From: an uncultured Pseudomonadota bacterium
GTDB taxonomy: Bacteria; Oederibacteriota; Muellerivitia; Muellerivitales; Muellerivitaceae
NCBI GenBank assembly: GCA_963836235.1
Contig: CAWIIP010000004.1
Location: 768,001-832,000 of the forward strand
Length of the DNA stretch: 64,000 nucleotides
Direction: 5' to 3'
Within the stretch, counting starts at the first letter, position 1. Each line of letters opens with the position of its first letter. Positions 55,777 through 64,000 of this stretch are shown here, one piece after another. The translations under genes and the position numbers were made by a program. The notes under the pieces are model-generated. The model was not told where the DNA came from and did not search any database. It saw nothing but the letters and a program-made list of their open reading frames with translations.

Positions 55777-57153
55777 TTGAAAAAAGCCATCGAAAATAAA
55801 ACCAAAACCGTCGCGGTCATCAGCTTGGGTTGCCCCAAGAACACGGTGGATTCCGAGGTGATGTTGGGCAAGCTGGCCCAGGATAACTACGCTTTAGTGA
55901 AGGACCCTTCGGAAGCAGAGGTCGTGATCGTCAATACCTGCGGGTTTATTGAGGCTTCTAAAAAGGAATCCATCGATACCATCCTGGATGTGGCTAAGCT
56001 TCGCAAAAGCGGCCAGTTGAAATCCCTGGTGGTGGGCGGCTGCCTGGCGCACCGTTATGGCGATGAACTGAAGAAAGAATTGCCCGAAATTGACATCTTG
56101 TTCGGGTTGAATGACGTGGAAAATGTGGCCAGCCAGATTAAAGGAACGCCCCTGCCCGTCCATCCGTCCCAAGTGGATCGTAAGCCTTTGCTGCCCAATT
56201 CTTTGAATGAAGCCACCTATGTTTATGACGCCTCTTCGCCCCGATTGCTTTCGACCCCTGGCTATTTTGCCTATGTGAAGATTTCCGAGGGGTGCGATCT
56301 GCCCTGCACTTTTTGCATTATTCCCAAGATCCGGGGGCATTACCGGAGCCGTTCCCTGGAGGATATTGAGCGGGAAGCCCGCCAATTGGCATCCCAAGGG
56401 GTGAAAGAACTTTGTTTGGTGGCCCAAGACAGCACTTGGTATGGCGCGGACCGTTATGGAAAGCCAAAAATCGCCGAGCTTTTGGAGCGCTTGGCCAAGG
56501 TTGAGGATATTGAATGGGTCAGGCTTCATTATCTATATCCCAGCCGCGTCACGGACGAAATGTTGGACGTGATGGCCGCCTATCCCAAGATAGCGCCCTA
56601 TTTTGATGTGCCCTTACAACATGCCAGTAATAAGATTCTCAAATCCATGCAACGGATCGGCGACAGGGCTCTTTTGGAAAAGATGATCAGCCGAATCCGC
56701 ACCAAATTGCCCCACTCTTCCATCCGATCCACTTTTATCGTGGGTTTTCCGGGCGAGACGGATGAGGACTTCAATGAATTGATTGAATTTTTAAAGAGTT
56801 CCCAATTGGACTATGTCGGCTTTTTCTCCTATTCCCAAGAGGAGAATACCCCGGCGGGAGTCATGGAAAACCAAGTGCCGGAAGGGATTAAGCAAAAGCG
56901 GTTGGCTGAGGCCTACCGGGTCCAAGAAGAAATCGCCGAGAAGTCCCACCAAAGGTGGGTAGGAGAAAAGTTATGGGCGGTAGTCGAATCGGTGGATGAA
57001 AACGGGGAAGTCCAAGGGCGCACCCGCTACCAGGCTCCCGAAGTCGACGGCATCGTTATGATCGAAGGTCTTTCCGGGCCTCAAGTAGGCCAATTGACGC
57101 AGGTGGAAATCACCCATACTCTCCAACAGGACCTCGTGGCAAAAGCGATATGA
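55777..57153 (+). CDS. rimO: Ribosomal protein S12 methylthiotransferase
   Basis: SLGCPKNTVDSE, NTCGFI, EGCDLPCTFCIIP, APEVDG. Confidence 0.96.
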   Translation: MKKAIENKTKTVAVISLGCPKNTVDSEVMLGKLAQDNYALVKDPSEAEVVIVNTCGFIEASKKESIDTILDVAKLRKSGQLKSLVVGGCLAHRYGDELKKELPEIDILFGLNDVENVASQIKGTPLPVHPSQVDRKPLLPNSLNEATYVYDASSPRLLSTPGYFAYVKISEGCDLPCTFCIIPKIRGHYRSRSLEDIEREARQLASQGVKELCLVAQDSTWYGADRYGKPKIAELLERLAKVEDIEWVRLHYLYPSRVTDEMLDVMAAYPKIAPYFDVPLQHASNKILKSMQRIGDRALLEKMISRIRTKLPHSSIRSTFIVGFPGETDEDFNELIEFLKSSQLDYVGFFSYSQEENTPAGVMENQVPEGIKQKRLAEAYRVQEEIAEKSHQRWVGEKLWAVVESVDENGEVQGRTRYQAPEVDGIVMIEGLSGPQVGQLTQVEITHTLQQDLVAKAI

Positions 57154-57183
57154 TGGCGAGTTTGAATTAAAAAAAGGTGATCT

Positions 57184-57837
57184 TTGGAAGATTCGAATAA
57201 AACCAAGAGCCCGTCACATTGGAACTCCGCCAACCTGGTCACGATGTCCCGTATCGCCGTGACGCCCCTGTTCCTGATTTTTATTTTTAGGGACGAGCTT
57301 TGGGCCAAGTGGACAGCCGGACTTTTGTTCGCTTGGGGAGCGATCAGCGATTACTTGGACGGTTACCTGGCCCGCAAGTACAACTTGAAAACCGATTTTG
57401 GCGCGCTCTTGGACCCTTTCGCGGATAAAATCCTCATTGTCTCCGTCTTCGTGTCCTTCGTGGCCCTCGACCTAGTCCCGGTATGGATGGTGGTCATTAT
57501 CGTCGCCCGTGAATTCCTGATTACGGGATTGCGGCAAATGGCGCAAAACCAACACATCATTATCGCCGCCAGCCGCGCGGGAAAACACAAGACGGTTTCC
57601 CAGATCATCGCCATCTCTTTTATCCTGGCGATTATTTGCGCCCAGGGAACCGTGGAGGCCTATCAAGGGAAATGGGACTTGTTCGTGGCCCGGCTGGGCA
57701 ATATGGGGGAATGGCTGGATAACGTGGTTTGGTACGGGCCCTATTGGCTGATGTTTTACGCAACCGTTATGTCAATTATATCGGGCGTGGACTACGTGGT
57801 AAGAAACCGTCATATTTGGAACGGGGCGAAAACTTGA
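57184..57837 (+). CDS. pgsA: CDP-diacylglycerol--glycerol-3-phosphate phosphatidyltransferase
   Basis: N.VT.SR, DYLDGYLAR, FGALLDPFADK, REFLITGLR. Confidence 0.94.
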   Translation: MEDSNKTKSPSHWNSANLVTMSRIAVTPLFLIFIFRDELWAKWTAGLLFAWGAISDYLDGYLARKYNLKTDFGALLDPFADKILIVSVFVSFVALDLVPVWMVVIIVAREFLITGLRQMAQNQHIIIAASRAGKHKTVSQIIAISFILAIICAQGTVEAYQGKWDLFVARLGNMGEWLDNVVWYGPYWLMFYATVMSIISGVDYVVRNRHIWNGAKT

Positions 57838-58307
57838 AACATTTTTATTTTTTGATCGCGACATTTTTAGGGATCGGCAAATTGCCTCTCGCGCCGGGAA
57901 CCTGGGCTTCCCTGGTGGCGGCCCCCTTTTTTTATCCTTTGATCGATTTTCCGGCGACCCAAGCTGAAATATTGGTGGTGATCTATTTTGTGGGAGTTTT
58001 CGCTTGCACCCGATACGCCAAAGATATGGGTCAAGTCGACCCCTCTAGCGCGGTTATCGATGAGGTATTAGGAATGGGGATCGCGATGATGGCGATTCCA
58101 TCCAACAAGGGCCTTTTTTATAAGCTGGCTTTTGTCGTTGTGGCCATTATTCTTTTCCGTCTTTTTGATATTTGGAAGCCCTATCCTATCCGCAAGATTG
58201 AAAAGCTTCCGGGAGGCTGGGGAATTATGACGGACGATCTTGTCGCCGGGGTCTACGCCCGTGTCTGGATACAAGTCGGCATATGGGTCGTCAATTTGCT
58301 TCAGTAG
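57834..58307 (+). CDS. pgpA: Phosphatidylglycerophosphatase A
   Basis: APGTWAS, DP..VIDE..G, FRLFDIWKP.PI, GIMTDDLVAG; TTG start overlapping pgsA stop. Confidence 0.92.
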   Translation: MKHFYFLIATFLGIGKLPLAPGTWASLVAAPFFYPLIDFPATQAEILVVIYFVGVFACTRYAKDMGQVDPSSAVIDEVLGMGIAMMAIPSNKGLFYKLAFVVVAIILFRLFDIWKPYPIRKIEKLPGGWGIMTDDLVAGVYARVWIQVGIWVVNLLQ

Positions 58308-58322
58308 GGACAAGGAAAACCA

Positions 58323-59582
58323 TTGAACGCTGAAATCGTGGCTATCGGCACTGAAATGCTGTTGGGCCAGAACGTCGATACGAATTCTTCCTGGATTGCC
58401 GGGGAACTGGCCCTCCTTGGAATTGACGTTTATGGGTTTCAAGCGGTGGGGGACAACGAAAAAAGGATCGAAACGGCCCTCAAGTTGGCATGTGAGCGCA
58501 GCCAGATGGTCATTACGACCGGTGGCTTGGGGCCGACGGTGGATGACGTAACCCGCAAGGTCATGGGACGATTGGCCCAGAAACAGTTGGTTTTTCATGA
58601 CCATCTGGCCAAAAAAATCGAGGAACGGTTCGCGAAATTTAGGCCCGGTAAGCCTTTCCCCAAAGTGAACTTGAACCAGGCTTTTATTCCCCAAGGAGCC
58701 ACCATTATCCCGAATGAAAATGGAACGGCCCCCGGATTTATCCTCAAAGTTGGAAAGTCACATTTAGCCTGTCTGCCAGGTGTTCCCTCGGAAATGAAGG
58801 CCATGTTTGAGGAAAACTTGAAGCCTTTCCTAAAATCCCTTTCGCCTAGCGGAACCATTATCAAGTCACGGGTTTTTCGGACGACGGGTATTGATGAATC
58901 GGCGCTGAACGAAAAAATCGTCGATATCTTCGAAAAGTCGACCAACCCGACGGTGGGCGTTTTGGCCCATTGGGAGGGGGTGGACATTCGTCTTTCCGCC
59001 AAAGCGGAAAGCGAGGTTCAGGCCGACCGGCTGATCGAGGATTTGGGGAAGACCCTCACGACCCGGCTTCCGAATTACATTTATGGCTGGGACAAGGATG
59101 ATTTGGAAACCATAGTGGGCCGGATGCTGACCACCCGGCAAATGACGATCGCGACGGCGGAATCTTGTAGCGGGGGACTCATCGCCCATCGCGTTACCCA
59201 GGTTCCCGGAAGTTCCAATTATTTCCTCCGGGGTTATGTGGTTTACAGCAATGAGGCTAAGCACGACGCTTTGGAAGTGGATTCCCAATTAATCCGGCTC
59301 AAAGGGGCCGTCAGCCGGGAAGTGGCGGAAGCTTTGGCCGCCAATGTCCGCCGGATCGCCAAGGCCGACATCGGCCTTTCTACCACGGGGATTGCCGGAC
59401 CTTCGGGCGGTTCCGCGGAAAAACCCGTGGGCTTGGTTTATGTCGGAATTACCGACGACCAATCCACCCAAGTTTTTGAATTTCGTTTCACCGGCAACCG
59501 GGAAAGCGTTAAAAAAAGAACCAGTCAGGCCGCTCTCGAAATATTGCGTCGGCATTGCCTTCAGATGCCGCTTCGGGATTAA
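58323..59582 (+). CDS. cinA: Competence/damage-inducible protein CinA
   Basis: IGTEML.G..DTN, GGLGPT.DD, LPGVP.EM, AESCSGG, TGIAGP. Confidence 0.95.
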   Translation: MNAEIVAIGTEMLLGQNVDTNSSWIAGELALLGIDVYGFQAVGDNEKRIETALKLACERSQMVITTGGLGPTVDDVTRKVMGRLAQKQLVFHDHLAKKIEERFAKFRPGKPFPKVNLNQAFIPQGATIIPNENGTAPGFILKVGKSHLACLPGVPSEMKAMFEENLKPFLKSLSPSGTIIKSRVFRTTGIDESALNEKIVDIFEKSTNPTVGVLAHWEGVDIRLSAKAESEVQADRLIEDLGKTLTTRLPNYIYGWDKDDLETIVGRMLTTRQMTIATAESCSGGLIAHRVTQVPGSSNYFLRGYVVYSNEAKHDALEVDSQLIRLKGAVSREVAEALAANVRRIAKADIGLSTTGIAGPSGGSAEKPVGLVYVGITDDQSTQVFEFRFTGNRESVKKRTSQAALEILRRHCLQMPLRD

Positions 59583-59586
59583 CCCT

Positions 59587-60153
59587 ATGGCTGAGTTGAG
59601 GCTTTTTGTGGCGGTTTCCCTTCCGCCTTCAGTGGAAGACCAGGTCGAGTTGGTTTTGGCCAAGGTGGCCCGTTACCAGGAAATAAAGTGGGCGCCTCGA
59701 TCCCAGTTTCATATTACGGTCAGGTTTATCGGTGATTTTGATGAGGCAAAGTTACCCGCACTTGAGGGGCTGTTGAATGAGGCCGCGCTTTCTTTCGAGC
59801 CCTTTGAGGCGGAAATGAAAGGATTGGATGGTTTTCCGAACTTAAAACATCCAAAAATTTTATTCCTGTCCGTCGCGAACGGAGAAGAATCCTTCACGAA
59901 ACTATCAAGGCTCATTTCCGCTCGAATCCACCTGCTTGGGATTGGCCGAGAAGATAAGGACTTTCGGGCCCATCTCACCTTGGGCCGGGTGCGCGAGGGC
60001 CAGAACGCCCACAAGGCGGTCCAGGCGCTTCGGGAAAGCGGGTTAGCCTTGGGGCTGGGCTGGAAAGTAGATCGGGTTTCACTTTTTCAGAGCCGATTAA
60101 CCCCCGAAGGCGCGCTTCATACTTTCCGAAAGGAATTTGAACTTCGGGGATAG
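59587..60153 (+). CDS. thpR: RNA 2',3'-cyclic phosphodiesterase (2H family)
   Basis: RLFVAV, HIT and HLT motifs; follows cinA. Confidence 0.9.
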   Translation: MAELRLFVAVSLPPSVEDQVELVLAKVARYQEIKWAPRSQFHITVRFIGDFDEAKLPALEGLLNEAALSFEPFEAEMKGLDGFPNLKHPKILFLSVANGEESFTKLSRLISARIHLLGIGREDKDFRAHLTLGRVREGQNAHKAVQALRESGLALGLGWKVDRVSLFQSRLTPEGALHTFRKEFELRG

Positions 60154-60234
60154 AAGTCCAGGTCTCGGTTTCTATAAAATAAAAGAAGAGCTTATGCGGC
60201 TCAGGCCGTCCATTGAAAGTCAAAGGGATTGAAA

Positions 60235-60726
60235 ATGGCATTGGAACACCAGCGGGATCACGAGGGGCCGGAACTCAGCGAAGAAGAAATGGAAGAGCAA
60301 ATAAAGGCTTTTCAACAGTCTCAGCAGGTTTATTTGGAACAAACCTTCAAATGGCTGATCGACTTCATCGCCAGCTACTTTCCGGAGGACCAATTGGCCA
60401 TCCGGGACATGGATTTGGAAGTCCATTTTGTCCATCAAGTGATTGAAGCTGGCAAGCCCTTGGGAGCCTTGGTTTACCGATTTCGAAAATTCGTGGATAA
60501 GAAGGATTACTTCAAGGAAATGGCTGGGGATTACAAGGAAGGATTGAAGTTGCCGGAGGTGTTGTTTGTTGATACGGAGACTTCAAAGTTTGAGCCGCCC
60601 GAGAGTTTGGAGGGGGATGGACCTTACGTGGAAATGCCGGGTGATAAGTTAACCGGGAAAATTCGGGAATTAAGGGAAGAGTTAAAACGGCGGGCGCGAC
60701 TTAGCCTGCTTCGACAAAGTCTTTAA
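60235..60726 (+). CDS. Hypothetical protein
   Basis: Co-oriented ORF, typical codon usage; no motif. Confidence 0.65.
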   Translation: MALEHQRDHEGPELSEEEMEEQIKAFQQSQQVYLEQTFKWLIDFIASYFPEDQLAIRDMDLEVHFVHQVIEAGKPLGALVYRFRKFVDKKDYFKEMAGDYKEGLKLPEVLFVDTETSKFEPPESLEGDGPYVEMPGDKLTGKIRELREELKRRARLSLLRQSL

Positions 60727-60742
60727 AATTTCAGGGAGGCGG

Positions 60743-61243
60743 ATGATGAAAATTTATTTGAAGAAAACCATGTGGATCGTGTTTCTGCTTTTCGGTTTGA
60801 TTTGGATGCCGGTTCGAGTTCTAGCAGGGGATTCGCCTATTTTAGGAGGCGGCAATTTCGGGTTGGGATTGGAACTGGGCGATCCGGGAGCCTGGGGAGC
60901 GGTGGGGAAAATATGGATTGATAAAGCCAATGCTTTCCAGCCCGCCGTGAAAATAGGCGATGGATTGACCCTGCTTCAATTGGATTACCTCTGGCACGAT
61001 TACGATGTTATCCATCCCGAACATGGACTCATGCCGCTGTATTTTGGCGTGGGCGGGGATTTGGATCTCCAAAGTAACGTGGCGGTCGGGGCCCGGGGCG
61101 TGGTGGGGATTTCTTATTTGTTTAACCGTGTCGACGTACCGGTCGATATTTACGTACAACTTGTGCCGGAAATTTGGTTTTATAGCGGAGGCGTTTCCAA
61201 CTTTCAACTCTATGGAAATATTGGATCCCGTTATTACTTCTAA
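60743..61243 (+). CDS. Small outer-membrane beta-barrel-like protein
   Basis: Signal peptide, FGLGL.LG.P, LYFGVG, C-terminal RYYF; GGAGG RBS. Confidence 0.65.
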   Translation: MMKIYLKKTMWIVFLLFGLIWMPVRVLAGDSPILGGGNFGLGLELGDPGAWGAVGKIWIDKANAFQPAVKIGDGLTLLQLDYLWHDYDVIHPEHGLMPLYFGVGGDLDLQSNVAVGARGVVGISYLFNRVDVPVDIYVQLVPEIWFYSGGVSNFQLYGNIGSRYYF

Positions 61244-61266
61244 TTTGAAATATTAAGGATTTTAAA

Positions 61267-62412
61267 ATGCCTTCGAAAGCCACGTCTTCCAAAAGCGCCT
61301 TAATGATGTACGCCGCCAGCGAGTATGATTCGAACCTTTATTATGCCGTGAAGTTCTCCGTCCCGGACCCTTTTCCCTATTTTCGAATCGGCGGGAAAAG
61401 CATGATCTTGATGAGCGACCTCGAATTAGGAAGATCCCAAAAGCAAGCGAAAGTCGACGAGGTTATTTCTTATTCGGATATCCAGGTAAAGGCCCGGAAG
61501 AACGGCGCCGAACGGCCAGGCGTGGCTGATGTTACGTCCTATTTCCTCAAATCTAAAAAGGTTAAAAAAATCCAAGTGCCGGATAATTTCAACCTGGGTT
61601 TAGCCGATGCCCTGAGAAAAAGAGGGGTCGAAGTCGTGAGTAAACCCGACCCCTTTTTTGAGGAGCGGGTTTATAAGTCCAGTCAGGAAGTAAAGATGAT
61701 TACGGCGTCCCTTCGTTATACCGAGGCCGCTATCCACAAATTAGAGGACTTGCTCCGAAAGTCCAAAATTATCGGAAAAAAAATATCCTACCGGGGTCAA
61801 TGGGTCACTTCCGAGTTGCTGAAAAAGGTTCTGAATGTCTCCATGATGGAGAATAACTGCGTGGGGAGCCATACCATCGTGGCCAGCGGCAACCAAGGAT
61901 GCGACCCCCACAACACGGGAACGGGGTTTGTCTGGACCAACCAGTCTTTGATCGTGGATGTTTTTCCCCGGTCAGGAGATACCTTTTATTACGCCGATAT
62001 TACCCGGACCTTTGTTAAGGGAAAGGCTTCCCCTGCGTTGAAAGCCCAGTATGACGCCGTCAAGGTGGCCCAAGAAAAGGGCATCGACATGGTCGCTCCC
62101 GGCGTAAACGGAAAAGACGTCCACCAAACGATTATGAGGGATATGGAAGGCCAGGGTTACATGACCGAGCGCCGAAAGGGAACGATGGTAGGCTTTTTCC
62201 ATGGGACTGGCCATGGGTTGGGACTGGATGTGCATGAACCGCCAAGGGTTAATTCCTCGGACCATGTTTTGAAAAAAGGCGAGGTGGTGACGGTGGAGCC
62301 GGGACTTTATTATCCGGGTGTGGGCGCGGTACGCATCGAGGATTTGCTGGTGGTCACGGATAAGGGACATCAAAACTTGACGGTTTATCCGAAAAAGCTG
62401 GAAATTCCCTAA
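61267..62412 (+). CDS. M24 Xaa-Pro aminopeptidase
   Basis: VDVFP, YADITRT, HGTGHGLGLDVHE, TVEPGLY, RIED. Confidence 0.93.
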   Translation: MPSKATSSKSALMMYAASEYDSNLYYAVKFSVPDPFPYFRIGGKSMILMSDLELGRSQKQAKVDEVISYSDIQVKARKNGAERPGVADVTSYFLKSKKVKKIQVPDNFNLGLADALRKRGVEVVSKPDPFFEERVYKSSQEVKMITASLRYTEAAIHKLEDLLRKSKIIGKKISYRGQWVTSELLKKVLNVSMMENNCVGSHTIVASGNQGCDPHNTGTGFVWTNQSLIVDVFPRSGDTFYYADITRTFVKGKASPALKAQYDAVKVAQEKGIDMVAPGVNGKDVHQTIMRDMEGQGYMTERRKGTMVGFFHGTGHGLGLDVHEPPRVNSSDHVLKKGEVVTVEPGLYYPGVGAVRIEDLLVVTDKGHQNLTVYPKKLEIP

Positions 62413-62453
62413 GAAGGATCGATTCTGGACAAGGGTTGGAAAAGAAAAATGAC

Positions 62454-62666
62454 CTAAGGTTGTTGCTGTTGTTGGGGCATCAGGGTTTTTAAAACGGCTT
62501 TGGAAGTGTCGTCACTGCTTCCCCCGGAAAACAAGAAATAAGAAAGAACAATTAACACTCCACCCCAAATCATCATTTTGGGGTTTTGGATTTTTTTTCC
62601 ACGAACTAGCATGTATGTTCCGATCGTTCCCATCGCGAAAGATACGAGTGTTAAAAAAATCGTCAT
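62454..62666 (-). CDS. Small two-TM hypothetical protein
   Basis: Follows PBP gene on same strand; two hydrophobic helices. Confidence 0.6.
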   Translation of the reverse strand: MTIFLTLVSFAMGTIGTYMLVRGKKIQNPKMMIWGGVLIVLSYFLFSGGSSDDTSKAVLKTLMPQQQQQP

Positions 62667-62676
62667 CCGATACCGC

Positions 62677-63999
62677 CTATTTCTTATCGTTGTTTGAAGT
62701 TAAATCCATGAAATCCATGATTCCCTCGAACACTTTCTTGGCGATGGGCGCGGCAATGTCTTTTCCGGTCCCGCCATTTTCGGCGATGATCGCCATGGCA
62801 ATTTTGGGATTTTCCACGGGGGCAAAACAGATAAACCAGGCGTGGAAATTAGGGTCGCGGCTACCGGATGTACCGGTTTTACCAGCGATTTGGATTCCCT
62901 TGACTCTGGCCTTCACCCCTATACCTCTTTCCACATCGTTGAGCATCATAGTGGTGAGGAATTGGGCTGTTTGGCGGCTGATGGTATTTTTGTAGAGGAC
63001 CGGTTTGTTTTCCTGGAGGACCTTACCGTTGATATTGGTCAGTTTGTCGGTGAGGTAGGGAGACATCATGACCCCGTCATTGGCGATGGCGGAAACCATC
63101 ATAGCGGCGTTTAGAGGCGTAATGCGAAAGGCCGGGCCCAATCCGGTGGCGGTTTCAGCCAATTCATATCGGGTCAGTCCCAATTTGGGGGAAGTACTGG
63201 CGGTTACTGGGAGTTCAATGGTTTTCGGAACGGAGTTGAAGCCAAACCGGTTGTTGTATTCAAAAAGGGTGTCTTCCCCTAAAGCGAAACCAAGACGGGC
63301 ATAAGCCATATTGCAGGAGGTGTCAAAAGCTTCCTCTAGGCTTTTGATAAATTTGTGCTTACCCCAATCCATGAAAATCTTGCCGTCGATATAAGTATAT
63401 CCCTTGCAATAAAAGGGAAAAACCGGAGTGAGGCTGATGTTTTTCTCGACGGCCGCCGCCGAGCTGATAATTTTAATGATAGAACCAGGTTCATAGAGGG
63501 TTTCAAAGGCCCGGTTTTTCAGGGGTGTGTTTTTATTCGCGATGTAATTCCACCATTCGTCATGGACTTTTTCAGGAGTATAGGTGGGTTGGGAGACGCA
63601 ACCGAGAATCTCCCCGGTGCGGGGGTCGAGAGCCACAATGGAGCCTTTTTGCCATCCTAAGGCCTTGGAAAGGACCCGTTGGATGCGGCTGTCGATGGTC
63701 AGGTAAAGCTTATTGCCGGGAAAATATTGCTGATAAACCTTTTCGAGGCCGGTCGCCCCCCGGTTATTGGTAGCTTGCTGGTCCACATAACCAATAAGGT
63801 GGGCGAATTCCTTGCCCATGGGATAACCGCGTTCGCCGTTTTTCGTCCATTGGAGAGCGAGAGGAACGCCGTTGCGGTCGAAAATGTAATAAACCGAACC
63901 CCGGTCCCGCTCCTCGCGGGCCTGTTCCAACAGGACCTGCATCTTTTTGTTCTTTGGGTCGTAATTAAGGGCCGCTTCATAATACTTTTCACCCTTGCT
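62677..63999 (-). CDS. Class B penicillin-binding protein (5' end outside window)
   Basis: PGSIIK (SxxK), SCN (SxN), KTG; frame stays open to the window edge. Confidence 0.92.
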   Translation of the reverse strand, partial: SKGEKYYEAALNYDPKNKKMQVLLEQAREERDRGSVYYIFDRNGVPLALQWTKNGERGYPMGKEFAHLIGYVDQQATNNRGATGLEKVYQQYFPGNKLYLTIDSRIQRVLSKALGWQKGSIVALDPRTGEILGCVSQPTYTPEKVHDEWWNYIANKNTPLKNRAFETLYEPGSIIKIISSAAAVEKNISLTPVFPFYCKGYTYIDGKIFMDWGKHKFIKSLEEAFDTSCNMAYARLGFALGEDTLFEYNNRFGFNSVPKTIELPVTASTSPKLGLTRYELAETATGLGPAFRITPLNAAMMVSAIANDGVMMSPYLTDKLTNINGKVLQENKPVLYKNTISRQTAQFLTTMMLNDVERGIGVKARVKGIQIAGKTGTSGSRDPNFHAWFICFAPVENPKIAMAIIAENGGTGKDIAAPIAKKVFEGIMDFMDLTSNNDKK

Positions 64000-64000
64000 G

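Overview
Bacterial chromosomal segment, probably a diderm (outer-membrane porin, AsmA); lineage cannot be assigned from sequence alone. Left to right: (1) a chemotaxis cluster (cheA-cheW-mcp-cheW-mcp-cheR, a sigma54-type promoter before a dual-receiver and a hemerythrin-like gene, cheD-cheY-cheB); (2) ROK/polyphosphate-glucokinase-like kinase, sugar-binding lipoprotein, CE7 esterase, methyltransferase, RluA-family synthase; (3) a phosphate/polyphosphate island (PHP phosphatase, phoB-phoR, ppx followed by two tandem thymidylate-kinase-like genes, PAP2, porin, pstSCAB-phoU) with a recurring TTAACA-N5-(T/G)TAACA Pho-box-like motif; (4) csp, bshB1-like, recA with a perfect palindromic operator candidate, asmA, MFS, metallophosphatase, mazG, a membrane protein with two degenerate Mrr-like domains, a poly-Asp protein; (5) a fabG-fabF-bioF-bioD-bioA biotin operon broken by integrase-free cargo (vapBC, dinJ-yafQ, a lone nucleotidyltransferase-like gene, a mini GIY-YIG, small ORFs), with synonymously diverged stubs of bioF and bioA at cargo junctions and three families of palindromic repeats, one inserted in frame in bioA; (6) GT-C glycosyltransferase, rimO-pgsA-pgpA-cinA-thpR, M24 peptidase and a partial PBP. 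No rRNA, tRNA, CRISPR array, integrase or transposase was seen. Best leads: the ppx-linked TMK-like pair as a candidate non-PPK1/PPK2 polyphosphate kinase, the allele-stub cassette hotspot in the bio operon, the covarying hairpin repeat family, and dedicated FabF/FabG as a candidate pimelate source. All functional calls are motif-based; no searches were run.
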